DNA of 48,594 bases from a virus. Lineage: Duplodnaviria; Caudoviricetes. Shown here in pieces: positions 35,386-44,878 of the stretch. The stretch is taken from IMG/VR virus record IMGVR_UViG_3300049859_000063, positions 1 to 48,594 of that record. One strand, given 5' to 3'. The translations under genes and the position numbers were made by a program. Every line of letters starts with the position of its first letter. Position 1 is the first letter of the stretch. The notes beneath the pieces were generated by a model. It did no database searches and was not told where the DNA came from. It saw nothing but the letters and a program-made list of their open reading frames with translations.

Positions 35386-37243
35386 TTTGGTTGTTGCTTG
35401 CGTTGGCGAACTGTTGAGACTTCAACGCGCCGCCAATGTCCTTGGCGATACCCGGCGCATCGGTTGCTTTGGTGTTGACTGTTATCTGAGCGATATTCAC
35501 CTCTGATGAACCACCGCCACCCGATTGCGTCGGCGCGGCCTTAGCTGACATATACTGAGCACGTTGGGCTTGAATAGCTTTCATGCTTTCATCAGCACTG
35601 ATTGACGCTTTTTGATTGCCAAATTTGTCGTTATCGTAATAACCCTTGCCTGTTGTTGGATCAGTGAACGATGCCCATTCCATTGCAGCATCTTTAGCTG
35701 CCCCAGCAAGGTCATCACTTAAACCGTGGATGTAGTCATAGAGCTTTTTTCTCTTCTTGACTAAATACTCGTTAAACATCTTGTCCTGCATTTCTGGGTC
35801 GAATTTCTCTTCCCCGGTTAGGCCCATTTTTTCTTTGCCCTCTTTGAGGGTTGATCGAATCATCTGGTATTTGCCAGCAGCGCCGAACTCGTGTTTCTCT
35901 TGCTGCTCAAGCACTTGATTTATAGTCATATTCGCTAAGTCTCTTTTGCCCGACTTAGCTGTGTTCTTTTGATTATGTACGTTTACACTCGAATAGTCAC
36001 CCTCGCCGCGTGAGACTAATTTAGCGAACGGTGATTGTCCAATGGAATCTTTCATGTTTTTCCCTATTTCAGTTGCTTTATCAATAACAGATTTGCCCAT
36101 CGACATTACACCGCCAACAACAGACTCTGTAGTCACTTTGTCCAAATCAATGCCCGCACTTTTAGCAGCCTTTTTAATCCAAGCCACATCTTGCGCGGCA
36201 CCTTTTCCAAGAAATTCAGCAGTGGATTTAATAAATGGAGTTAACATTTTCCAACCGTCAATGATTCTATCTACCAACTCACCGACTATTTTAAGCACAC
36301 TAACTACAGGTTGAATATCATCGAAAAAACCATTGACTCCCTTGCGGGCCCCGGCCCAGTCAAAATTCTCAACCATCGCGACGAATTTAGCAATCTCTTT
36401 CTCAACTTCTTCGAGATCGATGGATTTGATCCACTCCATAAACTCAGCGCTTAGCCGCGTCAATGCTGGGGATAGCTTAGTTAGAAGTTCGCGCCAAACC
36501 GCTTCCAGCGAGTCACGGGTTTTGTTCCATTGGATTTCCCGTTCTCGCGCCTGTTTAACGTCCTCGCTGCTGACTATCGATAATCGACGCTGTTCATCAG
36601 CAAGGTTCTCAACAGCTTTGCGACCTTTAACAAGTACGTTGATCGTACCCTCGTCGAATCCCATGCCCTTGCCCCATGCCTGAGCGTGCGCCAAGCCTTT
36701 GGTGTCAGCCATTTCTTTAAGCTTGTCGGAGGCATCTAACATCACATCCTCGAATGCACGGGCCTTACCCGTAGCATCGGTCAATGATATGCCGAGCGAG
36801 GTGAAATACTTGAAGTCTTCACCACCTTCGCCGGTTAAGCTGAAGTGCTGCAACCGTTGTGACATGCCGGTTATCGATTGAGCCATGCCTTCAGCAGTGC
36901 CGCCAGCCTTATCGGCCATTTTCGTCCAAGCGCTCAGCCGTTCAACGCTCACATCGATATTAGCGGCCATCCTGCCCAGCGCCGCATCGTCAGCAGTTAG
37001 CTTGCTGGCAAGGGATTTGATCGCATTAATGCTCATCAAAGCCGCGCCAATCGCTAACAACTCGGTTTTAATTGATTGTAGCGACTGGGCGGACTTCTTG
37101 TTATCTTTCCGCATCACATCAGCGGTTTTCGATGATTTTTTATTCATCGCACCCAGAGCAGCTACGATCCTCTTCTCACCGGATGAGAATTTTTTATCAT
37201 CAAGGCCGAGGGATATTATTAGCTCATCTATTAAAGTGCTCAT
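35378..37243 (-). CDS. Tape measure protein with C-terminal lysozyme-like domain
   Basis: MSTLIDELIISLGLD start; helical body; GEGDYSSVN...MTINQV...AAGKYQMI..TL...FDPEMQD...EWASF. Confidence 0.88.
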   Translation of the reverse strand: MSTLIDELIISLGLDDKKFSSGEKRIVAALGAMNKKSSKTADVMRKDNKKSAQSLQSIKTELLAIGAALMSINAIKSLASKLTADDAALGRMAANIDVSVERLSAWTKMADKAGGTAEGMAQSITGMSQRLQHFSLTGEGGEDFKYFTSLGISLTDATGKARAFEDVMLDASDKLKEMADTKGLAHAQAWGKGMGFDEGTINVLVKGRKAVENLADEQRRLSIVSSEDVKQAREREIQWNKTRDSLEAVWRELLTKLSPALTRLSAEFMEWIKSIDLEEVEKEIAKFVAMVENFDWAGARKGVNGFFDDIQPVVSVLKIVGELVDRIIDGWKMLTPFIKSTAEFLGKGAAQDVAWIKKAAKSAGIDLDKVTTESVVGGVMSMGKSVIDKATEIGKNMKDSIGQSPFAKLVSRGEGDYSSVNVHNQKNTAKSGKRDLANMTINQVLEQQEKHEFGAAGKYQMIRSTLKEGKEKMGLTGEEKFDPEMQDKMFNEYLVKKRKKLYDYIHGLSDDLAGAAKDAAMEWASFTDPTTGKGYYDNDKFGNQKASISADESMKAIQAQRAQYMSAKAAPTQSGGGGSSEVNIAQITVNTKATDAPGIAKDIGGALKSQQFANASNNQNG

Positions 37244-37418
37244 GGGTCAGTCGCTCATTGTATGCATCGATAGTTAGAATCTCAATCAAATCAAAAACGT
37301 CCTCTAGTCCGAGTATCGTATCCAACTCATGAAGCGTTGCCAGCCTGTTGGATACGATCAGGGCAATGGGTAGCGGTACATTGGGATAATTCTCCGTTGA
37401 TACACCGCTACCGCGCAA
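37224..37418 (-). CDS. Tail assembly chaperone C-terminal extension (gpT-like, reached by -1 frameshift)
   Basis: LATLHELDTILGLEDVFDLIEI; lies in the -1 frame of the upstream chaperone, open from the slippery site. Confidence 0.75.
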   Translation of the reverse strand: MRGSGVSTENYPNVPLPIALIVSNRLATLHELDTILGLEDVFDLIEILTIDAYNERLTHEHFNR

Positions 37419-37420
37419 AA

Positions 37421-37831
37421 TTAACCCGTGTCGGACTCGCTGTCTAAAAAACTTACGTGTAACGAGAAAACCTCCTTGACTAGCTTGAATCTAGTCATGA
37501 TTTCCTCAATGTCATCGTCGATCAAATGCCTGATGATATTAGGCTTTTTAGGATCGGGCAAGTACATCACGCAGCCAAGCAATTCTTCTAACAGAGGTTC
37601 GGCCTCCACGGGATCGATTTTAAACAGCGTTTCAATCCCCATCCGAGCAATACCTGCTAGACCCATATCTTTGAGATTGTCCGGCATGTTTATGCCCGAT
37701 TTACCGATGCTCAGTAGTGCTCTAAGCGCCCAGCTGAAACCCCTCTTTGCTGACATTTCAGTGAGTTGGAATACTTTGCCGCTATCCCGACCACAATCTT
37801 GCAGTGTGATTACGCTTATTTTACGGCTCAT
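37421..37831 (-). CDS. Tail assembly chaperone (gpG-like)
   Basis: GRDSGKVFQLTEMSA, DDIEEI; between tail tube and tape measure. Confidence 0.82.
   Translation of the reverse strand: MSRKISVITLQDCGRDSGKVFQLTEMSAKRGFSWALRALLSIGKSGINMPDNLKDMGLAGIARMGIETLFKIDPVEAEPLLEELLGCVMYLPDPKKPNIIRHLIDDDIEEIMTRFKLVKEVFSLHVSFLDSESDTG
37445..37451 (-). other. -1 ribosomal frameshift slippery site T TTT TTA
   Basis: AGT TTT TTA near the chaperone 3' end; the -1 frame reads TTT AGA CAG CGA GTC CGA CAC GGG TTA ATT TTG CGC..., continuous with 37224-37418. Confidence 0.78.
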
Positions 37832-38259
37832 AACGGAACCCCGATAACGGAACCAAACTCGATAGTAAATGTCCGTTGCTCCAGCGTTTTCTTAGCCGCA
37901 GCTAACGGAGTGTATCCTTTAAGCCAACCCGTGCTTAACACATAACTCATCGAAATCGAGGGCTGACTCAACACACCGAAGCATTCCAATACTTCGCCGC
38001 TGCCTTCTTGTTGGGCGTACAAAGTTTCGAATAATAAGTTGCTTGGGCTATCTGCTTGCAGTGTCAGAGTCATTGTTTTAATTTGCGGAACACGGCCCGC
38101 AGATAACACGCCATCAACACCGAGTTTTGTCTCAGTAACATCCACTTGATCAATTGAATACGCATCATCAGACCCGTACCCCGCAATTACTTGCGGGACA
38201 ACGAATAAACTCTTGACACCGAGCGCTAACGTGCTATTAGCACTAGTAATTGTTCCCAT
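37828..38259 (-). CDS. Tail tube protein
   Basis: TITSANS, GVDGVLSAG, LQADSPS; follows the sheath gene. Confidence 0.85.
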   Translation of the reverse strand: MGTITSANSTLALGVKSLFVVPQVIAGYGSDDAYSIDQVDVTETKLGVDGVLSAGRVPQIKTMTLTLQADSPSNLLFETLYAQQEGSGEVLECFGVLSQPSISMSYVLSTGWLKGYTPLAAAKKTLEQRTFTIEFGSVIGVPL

Positions 38260-38271
38260 AATTTATACTCC

Positions 38272-40212
38272 TTACTGAACTTGAACGGAATTAACATCAA
38301 GCTTGTTGATGGACTGGTTATAACGATACCACAATGTCATAGGCGGTGACGTTCTTAATGCACGCGATTGAGCAGTGGCAGGTAAGATTTGCAGATAGTA
38401 GCCTTGGTTTTCAATAGTTTTGTCTATCGCCACACCGGCAGCGTTGTTTAACAAAGCGGCCTGCTGTTTGCTCAAAGCATCTCCCGGCCCAATCATACCG
38501 AAATTAATGGCCTGATCAAGTGGATCGGTACAAGCGGCTCTGATTAAAGTTCGTCCTTCGGCATTATTCGGCACCGACAACGCTTCAGTTAGCAGCGTCA
38601 ATAGTGCTAATTGCAGCTGATTGTTTAACCAAATGGCATTGACATATGAATCGATCCATAAGTATTCCCCGCTGACCGACCCGTTGCCAAAGAAGTTAAA
38701 ACCTTGATTGCGGGTAGCAACTGCTAGATATGAATTAGCGCCATTTGCAATCATGTTAGTGTAACTGGTGTCGTCAGTGACGTACGGCGTCAATCCTGAT
38801 TGGGATTTGAAACAGAAGTTAGTCAATCCATTTAACTGCCCGTAATTCACTGACGCCACTGCACCGGCAATGAACGCTGCAAATTTATAGTCAGGTGATG
38901 TAATTACGCATGTGCCATTTGAGCCAGCGGTTTTCAAAATGTACGCGAGGCTGTTCACAGCTTGCGTCGATGTAAACACTGTTTGATCAGTATCCCAACA
39001 AGCGTAGAGATAGCTCACGTTTGTGCCGTTCACCCAACTAGCAAACGCTTGCTTATTCGTATTGCCGTAAATGTCTGGGTCGAATATGGTGACTAATGTC
39101 ACCCAATTTTGAGTGTAATTGATCAATGCGTTCATGAACGCTACGGGAGTAGATGCGGCAACCCCTTTGGATATTAGTGCACCGTCCGCCAAATCGAGTT
39201 TAAGCGAAGTCGCCAATGACCCGGACGCATATCCGATTACACCAATAGCGCCCGGCGTGCCGCCTGTGAACAAGAACGCGCCGCTAACGCTGTCGTAAGT
39301 GACAAGCAGTTTACCCGCGCTAATAGTCGTTGCAGCTACCGTTTGTGAGCCGCCGCTGGTGATGTATGTACCAGCCCCGCCGACAGTACCTGTAAGCTGA
39401 CTGACGATTTTCGTGCCGACAGTGGTTGTGCCACCGCTAATGATTTGGCCCGGAGCTAAATAACCTGACGCTATCGTTAGCACGGTCAATACACCGTAAG
39501 TTTGGGTAATAGTCGTGCTAGCAACCGACTGAACGGCAGATACTCTATAAGTACCCGCTCCGCCGGTCGTACCTGTTAACTGCTCAAGTATGTTCGTGCC
39601 AGAGGTGACGCCTGTACCGGACAACACCCCGCCAACAACAAATGCACCTGTTATGACACCACCGACAGTCATAATATCGCCGACAATAGACGCGGCGGTC
39701 GAGTTTGTTGCCGTACCTGCTGCAATTGTTGAAGTGGCAGCGGTGACGCCATCATAGGCATTAAACGCCGTTTCAATTAATCCGGCGGCGGCGGTGAAAC
39801 TGACCGCGCTCGATAGGTTGATGGCACCGCTTGTTTTCGTTGCACCATCAACGCTAATCGTTAGTGTGCCGGAGAGCGCTTGCAATTGCGGGATAGTCAA
39901 CGCCGATACGTTACCACCGCGCAGCCATGCAGGCATTGCCAAGCGGTTGTATTGCGCGAACATCATCGCATTTGGCTTAGTTGTGGAGTTGTCGAAGCCT
40001 AAGAAGTACACCGTTGCAGCAGCGGCTTCCGGCGAACTGTCGCCAAAAAACGCGGCTACATCCGACTGGAAGGGGAACGAATAAACTTCCCCGACCGGAA
40101 CACGATAGTTATCTGTTAAAAATAGGCCGTTAAACGCCAGCGGGTTGCCACCAGCGCCCAGCGTACCGGGTATGATGCGGACAAAATTCTCCGCTTTTAG
40201 GGATTGACTCAT
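38272..40212 (-). CDS. Tail sheath protein (DUF3383-like) with two inserted Gly/Thr domains
   Basis: V.IIPG, DVAAFFG..SPE, TQNW, KSQSGL, WIDSYVNAIWL, R..RTSPP..LWY. Confidence 0.9.
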   Translation of the reverse strand: MSQSLKAENFVRIIPGTLGAGGNPLAFNGLFLTDNYRVPVGEVYSFPFQSDVAAFFGDSSPEAAAATVYFLGFDNSTTKPNAMMFAQYNRLAMPAWLRGGNVSALTIPQLQALSGTLTISVDGATKTSGAINLSSAVSFTAAAGLIETAFNAYDGVTAATSTIAAGTATNSTAASIVGDIMTVGGVITGAFVVGGVLSGTGVTSGTNILEQLTGTTGGAGTYRVSAVQSVASTTITQTYGVLTVLTIASGYLAPGQIISGGTTTVGTKIVSQLTGTVGGAGTYITSGGSQTVAATTISAGKLLVTYDSVSGAFLFTGGTPGAIGVIGYASGSLATSLKLDLADGALISKGVAASTPVAFMNALINYTQNWVTLVTIFDPDIYGNTNKQAFASWVNGTNVSYLYACWDTDQTVFTSTQAVNSLAYILKTAGSNGTCVITSPDYKFAAFIAGAVASVNYGQLNGLTNFCFKSQSGLTPYVTDDTSYTNMIANGANSYLAVATRNQGFNFFGNGSVSGEYLWIDSYVNAIWLNNQLQLALLTLLTEALSVPNNAEGRTLIRAACTDPLDQAINFGMIGPGDALSKQQAALLNNAAGVAIDKTIENQGYYLQILPATAQSRALRTSPPMTLWYRYNQSINKLDVNSVQVQ

Positions 40213-40229
40213 AAATTAAACCTCTAAGC

Positions 40230-40958
40230 TTAGGTTGGGTAGGTTGTATCAACGCTAATGATACCAGATTGCAACTCATCGGCAAACGTTAAAGGTACAT
40301 TAACAATCTGATTGCATTGTAAAACTGCCGTAATTATCCAGCGCATTTCTATTTGCTGTTCGCCATCCAGGAACGGCGCTTGGTGAGCATCGTCGGCGTG
40401 CAGTGGTACAACGTCGAATCCCGTGGACTGAAACAACTCGACACCGTATTCATCGCGCAATAATGTCGTGATAGCGTGCGCGGCATCAGCTGACAGCGGT
40501 CCATAACAATCGATTTGAACAGTCAATTTAGCCGCTTGCTCAATGTCTTCACTGCCAGCGGCTACGACTTGCAAAGCCAGGGTGTGAGGCGTGCTGATTA
40601 CGTAATCACCAATACCGCCCGGCACACCACTAGCCTGACTGATTATAGAGGTGTTAGGCGCGATGTTATCGCCGGTAATTATCGCGCCGATTCTGATTAC
40701 TCCGTGGCCCATTGCGCCGACAGTCATTGTAGTGTTGGCAATGGATGCGTTGAATACACAATCAAGATAAGTCGGCACGTTTGTTCGAAGTCGCTCTTTA
40801 AACAACGGAGTAATTACAATGTAATTATTACCGGCAGGGGGTGAAACTTTGTTCGATTGAGCCCGCACGACTTCCATCGTGTTATTAGTTACGTTTAGCA
40901 AAAACGAACGTAACGCGCTAAGTATTTGTTTTTCAGATAGGTTTAACTGAATACTCAT
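40230..40958 (-). CDS. Tail completion/terminator protein with an inserted Gly/Thr domain
   Basis: V.AQ.N.V..P, VQIDCYG, TLLRD, PL.ADD, EQQ.E.RW; insertion at ~40555-40760. Confidence 0.78.
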   Translation of the reverse strand: MSIQLNLSEKQILSALRSFLLNVTNNTMEVVRAQSNKVSPPAGNNYIVITPLFKERLRTNVPTYLDCVFNASIANTTMTVGAMGHGVIRIGAIITGDNIAPNTSIISQASGVPGGIGDYVISTPHTLALQVVAAGSEDIEQAAKLTVQIDCYGPLSADAAHAITTLLRDEYGVELFQSTGFDVVPLHADDAHQAPFLDGEQQIEMRWIITAVLQCNQIVNVPLTFADELQSGIISVDTTYPT

Positions 40959-41335
40959 GACATTTGTCTCGTTACCGCCACCTTAACCCAACCATCAACA
41001 TCGGCCCAATTCTCAAGAACCAAGACAACAAGCCACACTGTGCCGGTCGATAGCACAATTCGATCACCGCCCGATTGATCAGCTCTAACGACCCCTTGCC
41101 AGTTGCCATTTAGATACATGCCGTGCTTTTCGCCTTGAATATTAAGACCATCAAGTTGAACAAGGTCATTATAAACAAGCGCTTGCATTTGTATTTGTAT
41201 AGGAATTGGCGCGGCATAAATTGGAACCCGCGAGCCGTCGGTGTCGGTTGTGTAGCCCTGCGACTGCTCGATTGTTGCGTCGATCATCGGATTAACTGCG
41301 GGGATTACGTCAGATACGATATTATGTAAGTTCAT
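40955..41335 (-). CDS. Head closure/neck protein
   Basis: MNLH.IV...I.AVNP, QMQAL, DGLNIQG, WLVVLVLE.W; synteny. Confidence 0.75.
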   Translation of the reverse strand: MNLHNIVSDVIPAVNPMIDATIEQSQGYTTDTDGSRVPIYAAPIPIQIQMQALVYNDLVQLDGLNIQGEKHGMYLNGNWQGVVRADQSGGDRIVLSTGTVWLVVLVLENWADVDGWVKVAVTRQMS

Positions 41336-41756
41336 AAGAAATCGAGTTGAGCATGTGGCCGGTATCGATCAGCGGTTTGTCGAATCCCTTGGCGGCCACG
41401 GTCGATGTTGCGTTAGGTGGATCAGATAGAGTCGTTATTGATTCAGCTAATTGACCGGTAACGAGTTCGCCAAGACGACCGAGCGCTAACTCTGAGTTAT
41501 TGCCGGTTAGTTCCATCTGCCTAGCCAGCACCGCGCCCCAGCCATGCTGTTTCGTAGCAATCATGCGACGGAAGAACGGTCGTGGCGGAGTAGTGCCGTG
41601 ACCGTATTCGTTTAAATATGCGACTGAAGCGACCGGCGTGCCATCTGGATATGTCGCACCTGCAAGGAAACCGATATTAACTGAGTTTGCCGATGCGATA
41701 TTCTCGGCAGTACGCCTTAAATGTGCTTTTAGTTTAGCACCACCTCGCATCGTCAT
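41322..41756 (-). CDS. Neck/tail completion protein
   Basis: GFLAGATYPDG, NEYG, PPRPFFR, KGFDKPLIDTGHM. Confidence 0.8.
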   Translation of the reverse strand: MTMRGGAKLKAHLRRTAENIASANSVNIGFLAGATYPDGTPVASVAYLNEYGHGTTPPRPFFRRMIATKQHGWGAVLARQMELTGNNSELALGRLGELVTGQLAESITTLSDPPNATSTVAAKGFDKPLIDTGHMLNSISYELT

Positions 41757-42190
41757 AGCGAGAAATTAACAAGTCTCGCGTACACGTCTTGATCACGTGC
41801 AGGGCTAGGTTGATAGCGAAACATTCGATATTGAGCTGTTGCTTCCCAATATGCCGCGCCGTATTTTGTCTGTTGATACCATTGTGCAGAGCCCGGCGGG
41901 TATGAGTTCTCTATTCCTACCGTAACACTGCCCTCTGTAGCGCCGTTTAGACGACCTACGATATGTTCGGATTTCTTGCCATCAATAGGCGCATTAAGCT
42001 TGGCAATGTGCGCGACAAGCATCCCTAACAACATGGAACGTACGTTTTCATCAACGACCAACGAAGCAGACGTATTATCGCAATACAAACCTGCTTCGTT
42101 GAAATACAACTGCGCTAGTCCAATAGGCACACTCTGTAATTCGGAGTAGCGCAGTATCCAAGTGCCGTAATCGAATGTTACAGCAGGCAT
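41753..42190 (-). CDS. Head-tail adaptor (DUF4054-like)
   Basis: LVAHIA, VGRL..ATEGSV, WYQQTKYGAAYW. Confidence 0.85.
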   Translation of the reverse strand: MPAVTFDYGTWILRYSELQSVPIGLAQLYFNEAGLYCDNTSASLVVDENVRSMLLGMLVAHIAKLNAPIDGKKSEHIVGRLNGATEGSVTVGIENSYPPGSAQWYQQTKYGAAYWEATAQYRMFRYQPSPARDQDVYARLVNFSL

Positions 42191-42192
42191 GA

Positions 42193-42582
42193 TTACGCAC
42201 CGCCATCCATTTCAGGAGCTTTCGTGATACCCTGTGACGGGTTATCTTGCGGCAAAGGTTCTAAACCGGTTTTTTCATTCTGCATTTCGGTAGCGGCGTC
42301 ATGTGCGCTTGCGACTGTTTCCTGCGCGAAAATGAAGCCTTTTTCCACGACGGGCAGTGATTTATTCTCACTCAGCCATTGGAGCCAATGCTCTTTTGGA
42401 ACCATCGGAGTGATGCCGAAACCACCGACAGCGTTAGGATGACTAGAACCATTTGCTTGGAAGCGAACAACCTTGCCGTCTTTCATAACATCTAGGTATA
42501 GACCGTTAGGAGTTTTGCAGGAAACAACAACGTGATTGATTACGTTGGTAGGTGGAGCAGGTACTGTTTTAGCATCAGACAT
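42193..42582 (-). CDS. Conserved virion-associated protein
   Basis: V.CKTPNGL, GGFGIT..VPK..W..W, GFIFA, TGLEPL; directly after the capsid gene. Confidence 0.7.
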   Translation of the reverse strand: MSDAKTVPAPPTNVINHVVVSCKTPNGLYLDVMKDGKVVRFQANGSSHPNAVGGFGITPMVPKEHWLQWLSENKSLPVVEKGFIFAQETVASAHDAATEMQNEKTGLEPLPQDNPSQGITKAPEMDGGA

Positions 42583-42667
42583 GTTATTTTTACTCTAAAT
42601 TAGATGTGGAAGCGGGGCGCGAATCCGCACCCCTATAATAAACGCGAATCCGCGAAAAGAGAGCTGA

Positions 42668-43747
42668 TTATAGCCCAATCATGCTTGCAATCGCAAACGG
42701 TTGGCGAACAATCGCGCCCCAGATGCCCGCAGTCATCTTCTGTTTGAATCCAGACAAATCACGGATAATCGGATGGTTACGCCCTTTCTCGCTGAACGCG
42801 CAATACCCAGTATCTTGTCCTTCGACTCTATCGGTAATCAATTGCATTAGATTGCCTGCATCTGTTTTATATCTAATTGATGTTTCGAAACGCAGATTTG
42901 GGAAGTTGATTTTAAGCAATGCTTGCGCGTTTGTTGCGAAAATCTCGTTAGTCGCAGTCATTGCGATAGCGGACTCAGGAGACATTGCCAACGTCATTTT
43001 ACTTTCAGCGTCAATTAAACCTCCCGATTGAACGATCAATTGCAGCACTAACTTCTGAACATCTTTAAACACCTCGTTCGGAGTTGCCGTTACCTCACCG
43101 TTAGTAATCCACGGACCAGCACCGGCATTGAATGCTTTATATCCAGGTGTTACTGAAGGTGCCAGCGACGGATCGTTAAGCAGACCGTAGCATTTTAGGC
43201 CTTGGATGCCGAAAGCGTAGACTTTGTCTTGGAACCGGTTCATCACGATACCGGCGGCGACTTTCTTCTCAGCTGCTGCGTTGATTTTCGCTAACGCTGA
43301 CATGTCTAATTCGAGTTCGCCCCATTGGGTGATGATTTGGTATAAATAAGATTGACGCTCAGGGAAATTAGCGTTGAATCCAGCGCTACCGTTGTTGTTC
43401 CAATCGCCGTAGGTTGTGACCTCCCCGGTTCGTTCTACGATGGGGAATATCCCGGTCCTCGTAGTCCAATCGCCTTTCTTCACCTCACCGAAAATGACCG
43501 CCATTTTTGTTGGCGATAACAACACTTCAATGAAGTCAGGATCGAAGTAATTGGCGAGGAAAAAAGGAATACCGGCATTTGGTGCCGTGATCAGCGATTG
43601 CTGAGAGTCCATCGCGAGCATGGCCGTGGCCTCCCGCTCTTTAGTTGCTTCGTCCAGCACGCCTTTTACAGCACCTAAATGAATACCGTAGTTTTGGCTG
43701 ATTGCGTGATAATCAGCCATTGTCAAGTCTTTTTTGAATTTATTCAT
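42668..43747 (-). CDS. Major capsid protein
   Basis: NAGIP, GEVKKGDWT, YGDWNNNG, RQSY.YQ...WGELE, YGLLNDP, G.WGAI.RQP. Confidence 0.9.
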   Translation of the reverse strand: MNKFKKDLTMADYHAISQNYGIHLGAVKGVLDEATKEREATAMLAMDSQQSLITAPNAGIPFFLANYFDPDFIEVLLSPTKMAVIFGEVKKGDWTTRTGIFPIVERTGEVTTYGDWNNNGSAGFNANFPERQSYLYQIITQWGELELDMSALAKINAAAEKKVAAGIVMNRFQDKVYAFGIQGLKCYGLLNDPSLAPSVTPGYKAFNAGAGPWITNGEVTATPNEVFKDVQKLVLQLIVQSGGLIDAESKMTLAMSPESAIAMTATNEIFATNAQALLKINFPNLRFETSIRYKTDAGNLMQLITDRVEGQDTGYCAFSEKGRNHPIIRDLSGFKQKMTAGIWGAIVRQPFAIASMIGL

Positions 43748-43750
43748 TAG

Positions 43751-44863
43751 TTACACCCAGCTTGAGATTTTAACGAGTTCTCCCGGCGCTCCGACCGATG
43801 AGAACTTGAATTTAGGAACAAGCACGCCGCCAACTCCGGTCATACCGGTACTTGCAGCCGTACTTGCTTTCGTTAGTTTATAGGTGCCTGTGCCACCAGC
43901 ACCAGTCAACAGACCGCTAACAACTGTATTGGCCGTAACGTTAACGCCGCTCACCGGATCACCGACTTCGATAATACCCGATGCGACGGCAGTAACAACC
44001 ATCACAGTCGATAGCGACGTTACCGCGCCCGATGCAAATGATTGGGCGCTACCGCTCAGCGTATAAGTGCCAGTGCCGCCTAATGAGCCTGTTGTTTGGC
44101 CCGTGATGACAGTACCGTTAACAATCGTGCCGCCACTGATGATGTCGGACGGTTGCAACGTACCACTAGTGATGCCGGTAACATTCAGCACTTTGGAAGT
44201 CGCTGTAGCAGACGCGGCGCTGATCGTAGTTGCGACGCTAGTCACGTACACACCGGCGGCTCCGGTCGTACCGCTGGTTTGACTGACGATAGTCGTACCG
44301 GTCGGAATACCAACACCGGCGATAATGTCACCGGGGCTTAAGTATCCCGTCTGCGCTGAGGTCGTTAAATTAGTACCAACGCCCGTTGCAGTGAACGACG
44401 CGCCAATAGAACCAGTAACAACGCCACCAATCGACGCAGTGAACGACACGCCCGGTTGGATTGTGTTACCAACAAGGCCATTACTATAGTCAGCATAGAC
44501 TGGATCACCGTAGGCGGTTGTAGTCGTGCCGCTATTGACAACCCAGAAATCCCCAGCGCTAAACAGTGTGACTTGATAACCGCCGGGAATAACATAACTG
44601 GACTCTTGCATGAACGCAGTAATAAGCGCTTGCTGCTCACGTGCTACGAAGCCAATTGGCGCACCGACCGAGCTAGAACCAAACGAATTGGCGTATCGTG
44701 GATTAACCGGATCGACCCACGCAAACGCGCCGACAGTCAAGCCCTGTGATCCAGTGACTAATGCGCCTTCGCCAGCATCAACAGATGCAGTCGGGTTAGC
44801 ACTGGCACGGTCGCCAGCCGCACCTAATGCGGTTTGATTATTAACTTGTTGTTGAAACGACAT
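43751..44863 (-). CDS. Capsid decoration/cement protein with three inserted Gly/Thr domains
   Basis: MSFQQQVN, GD.AS.NP, G.TVG.FAW, GFVAREQQALIT, GDFWV, C-terminal GELVKIS. Confidence 0.82.
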   Translation of the reverse strand: MSFQQQVNNQTALGAAGDRASANPTASVDAGEGALVTGSQGLTVGAFAWVDPVNPRYANSFGSSSVGAPIGFVAREQQALITAFMQESSYVIPGGYQVTLFSAGDFWVVNSGTTTTAYGDPVYADYSNGLVGNTIQPGVSFTASIGGVVTGSIGASFTATGVGTNLTTSAQTGYLSPGDIIAGVGIPTGTTIVSQTSGTTGAAGVYVTSVATTISAASATATSKVLNVTGITSGTLQPSDIISGGTIVNGTVITGQTTGSLGGTGTYTLSGSAQSFASGAVTSLSTVMVVTAVASGIIEVGDPVSGVNVTANTVVSGLLTGAGGTGTYKLTKASTAASTGMTGVGGVLVPKFKFSSVGAPGELVKISSWV

Positions 44864-44878
44864 AAGAATCCCCTTAAA

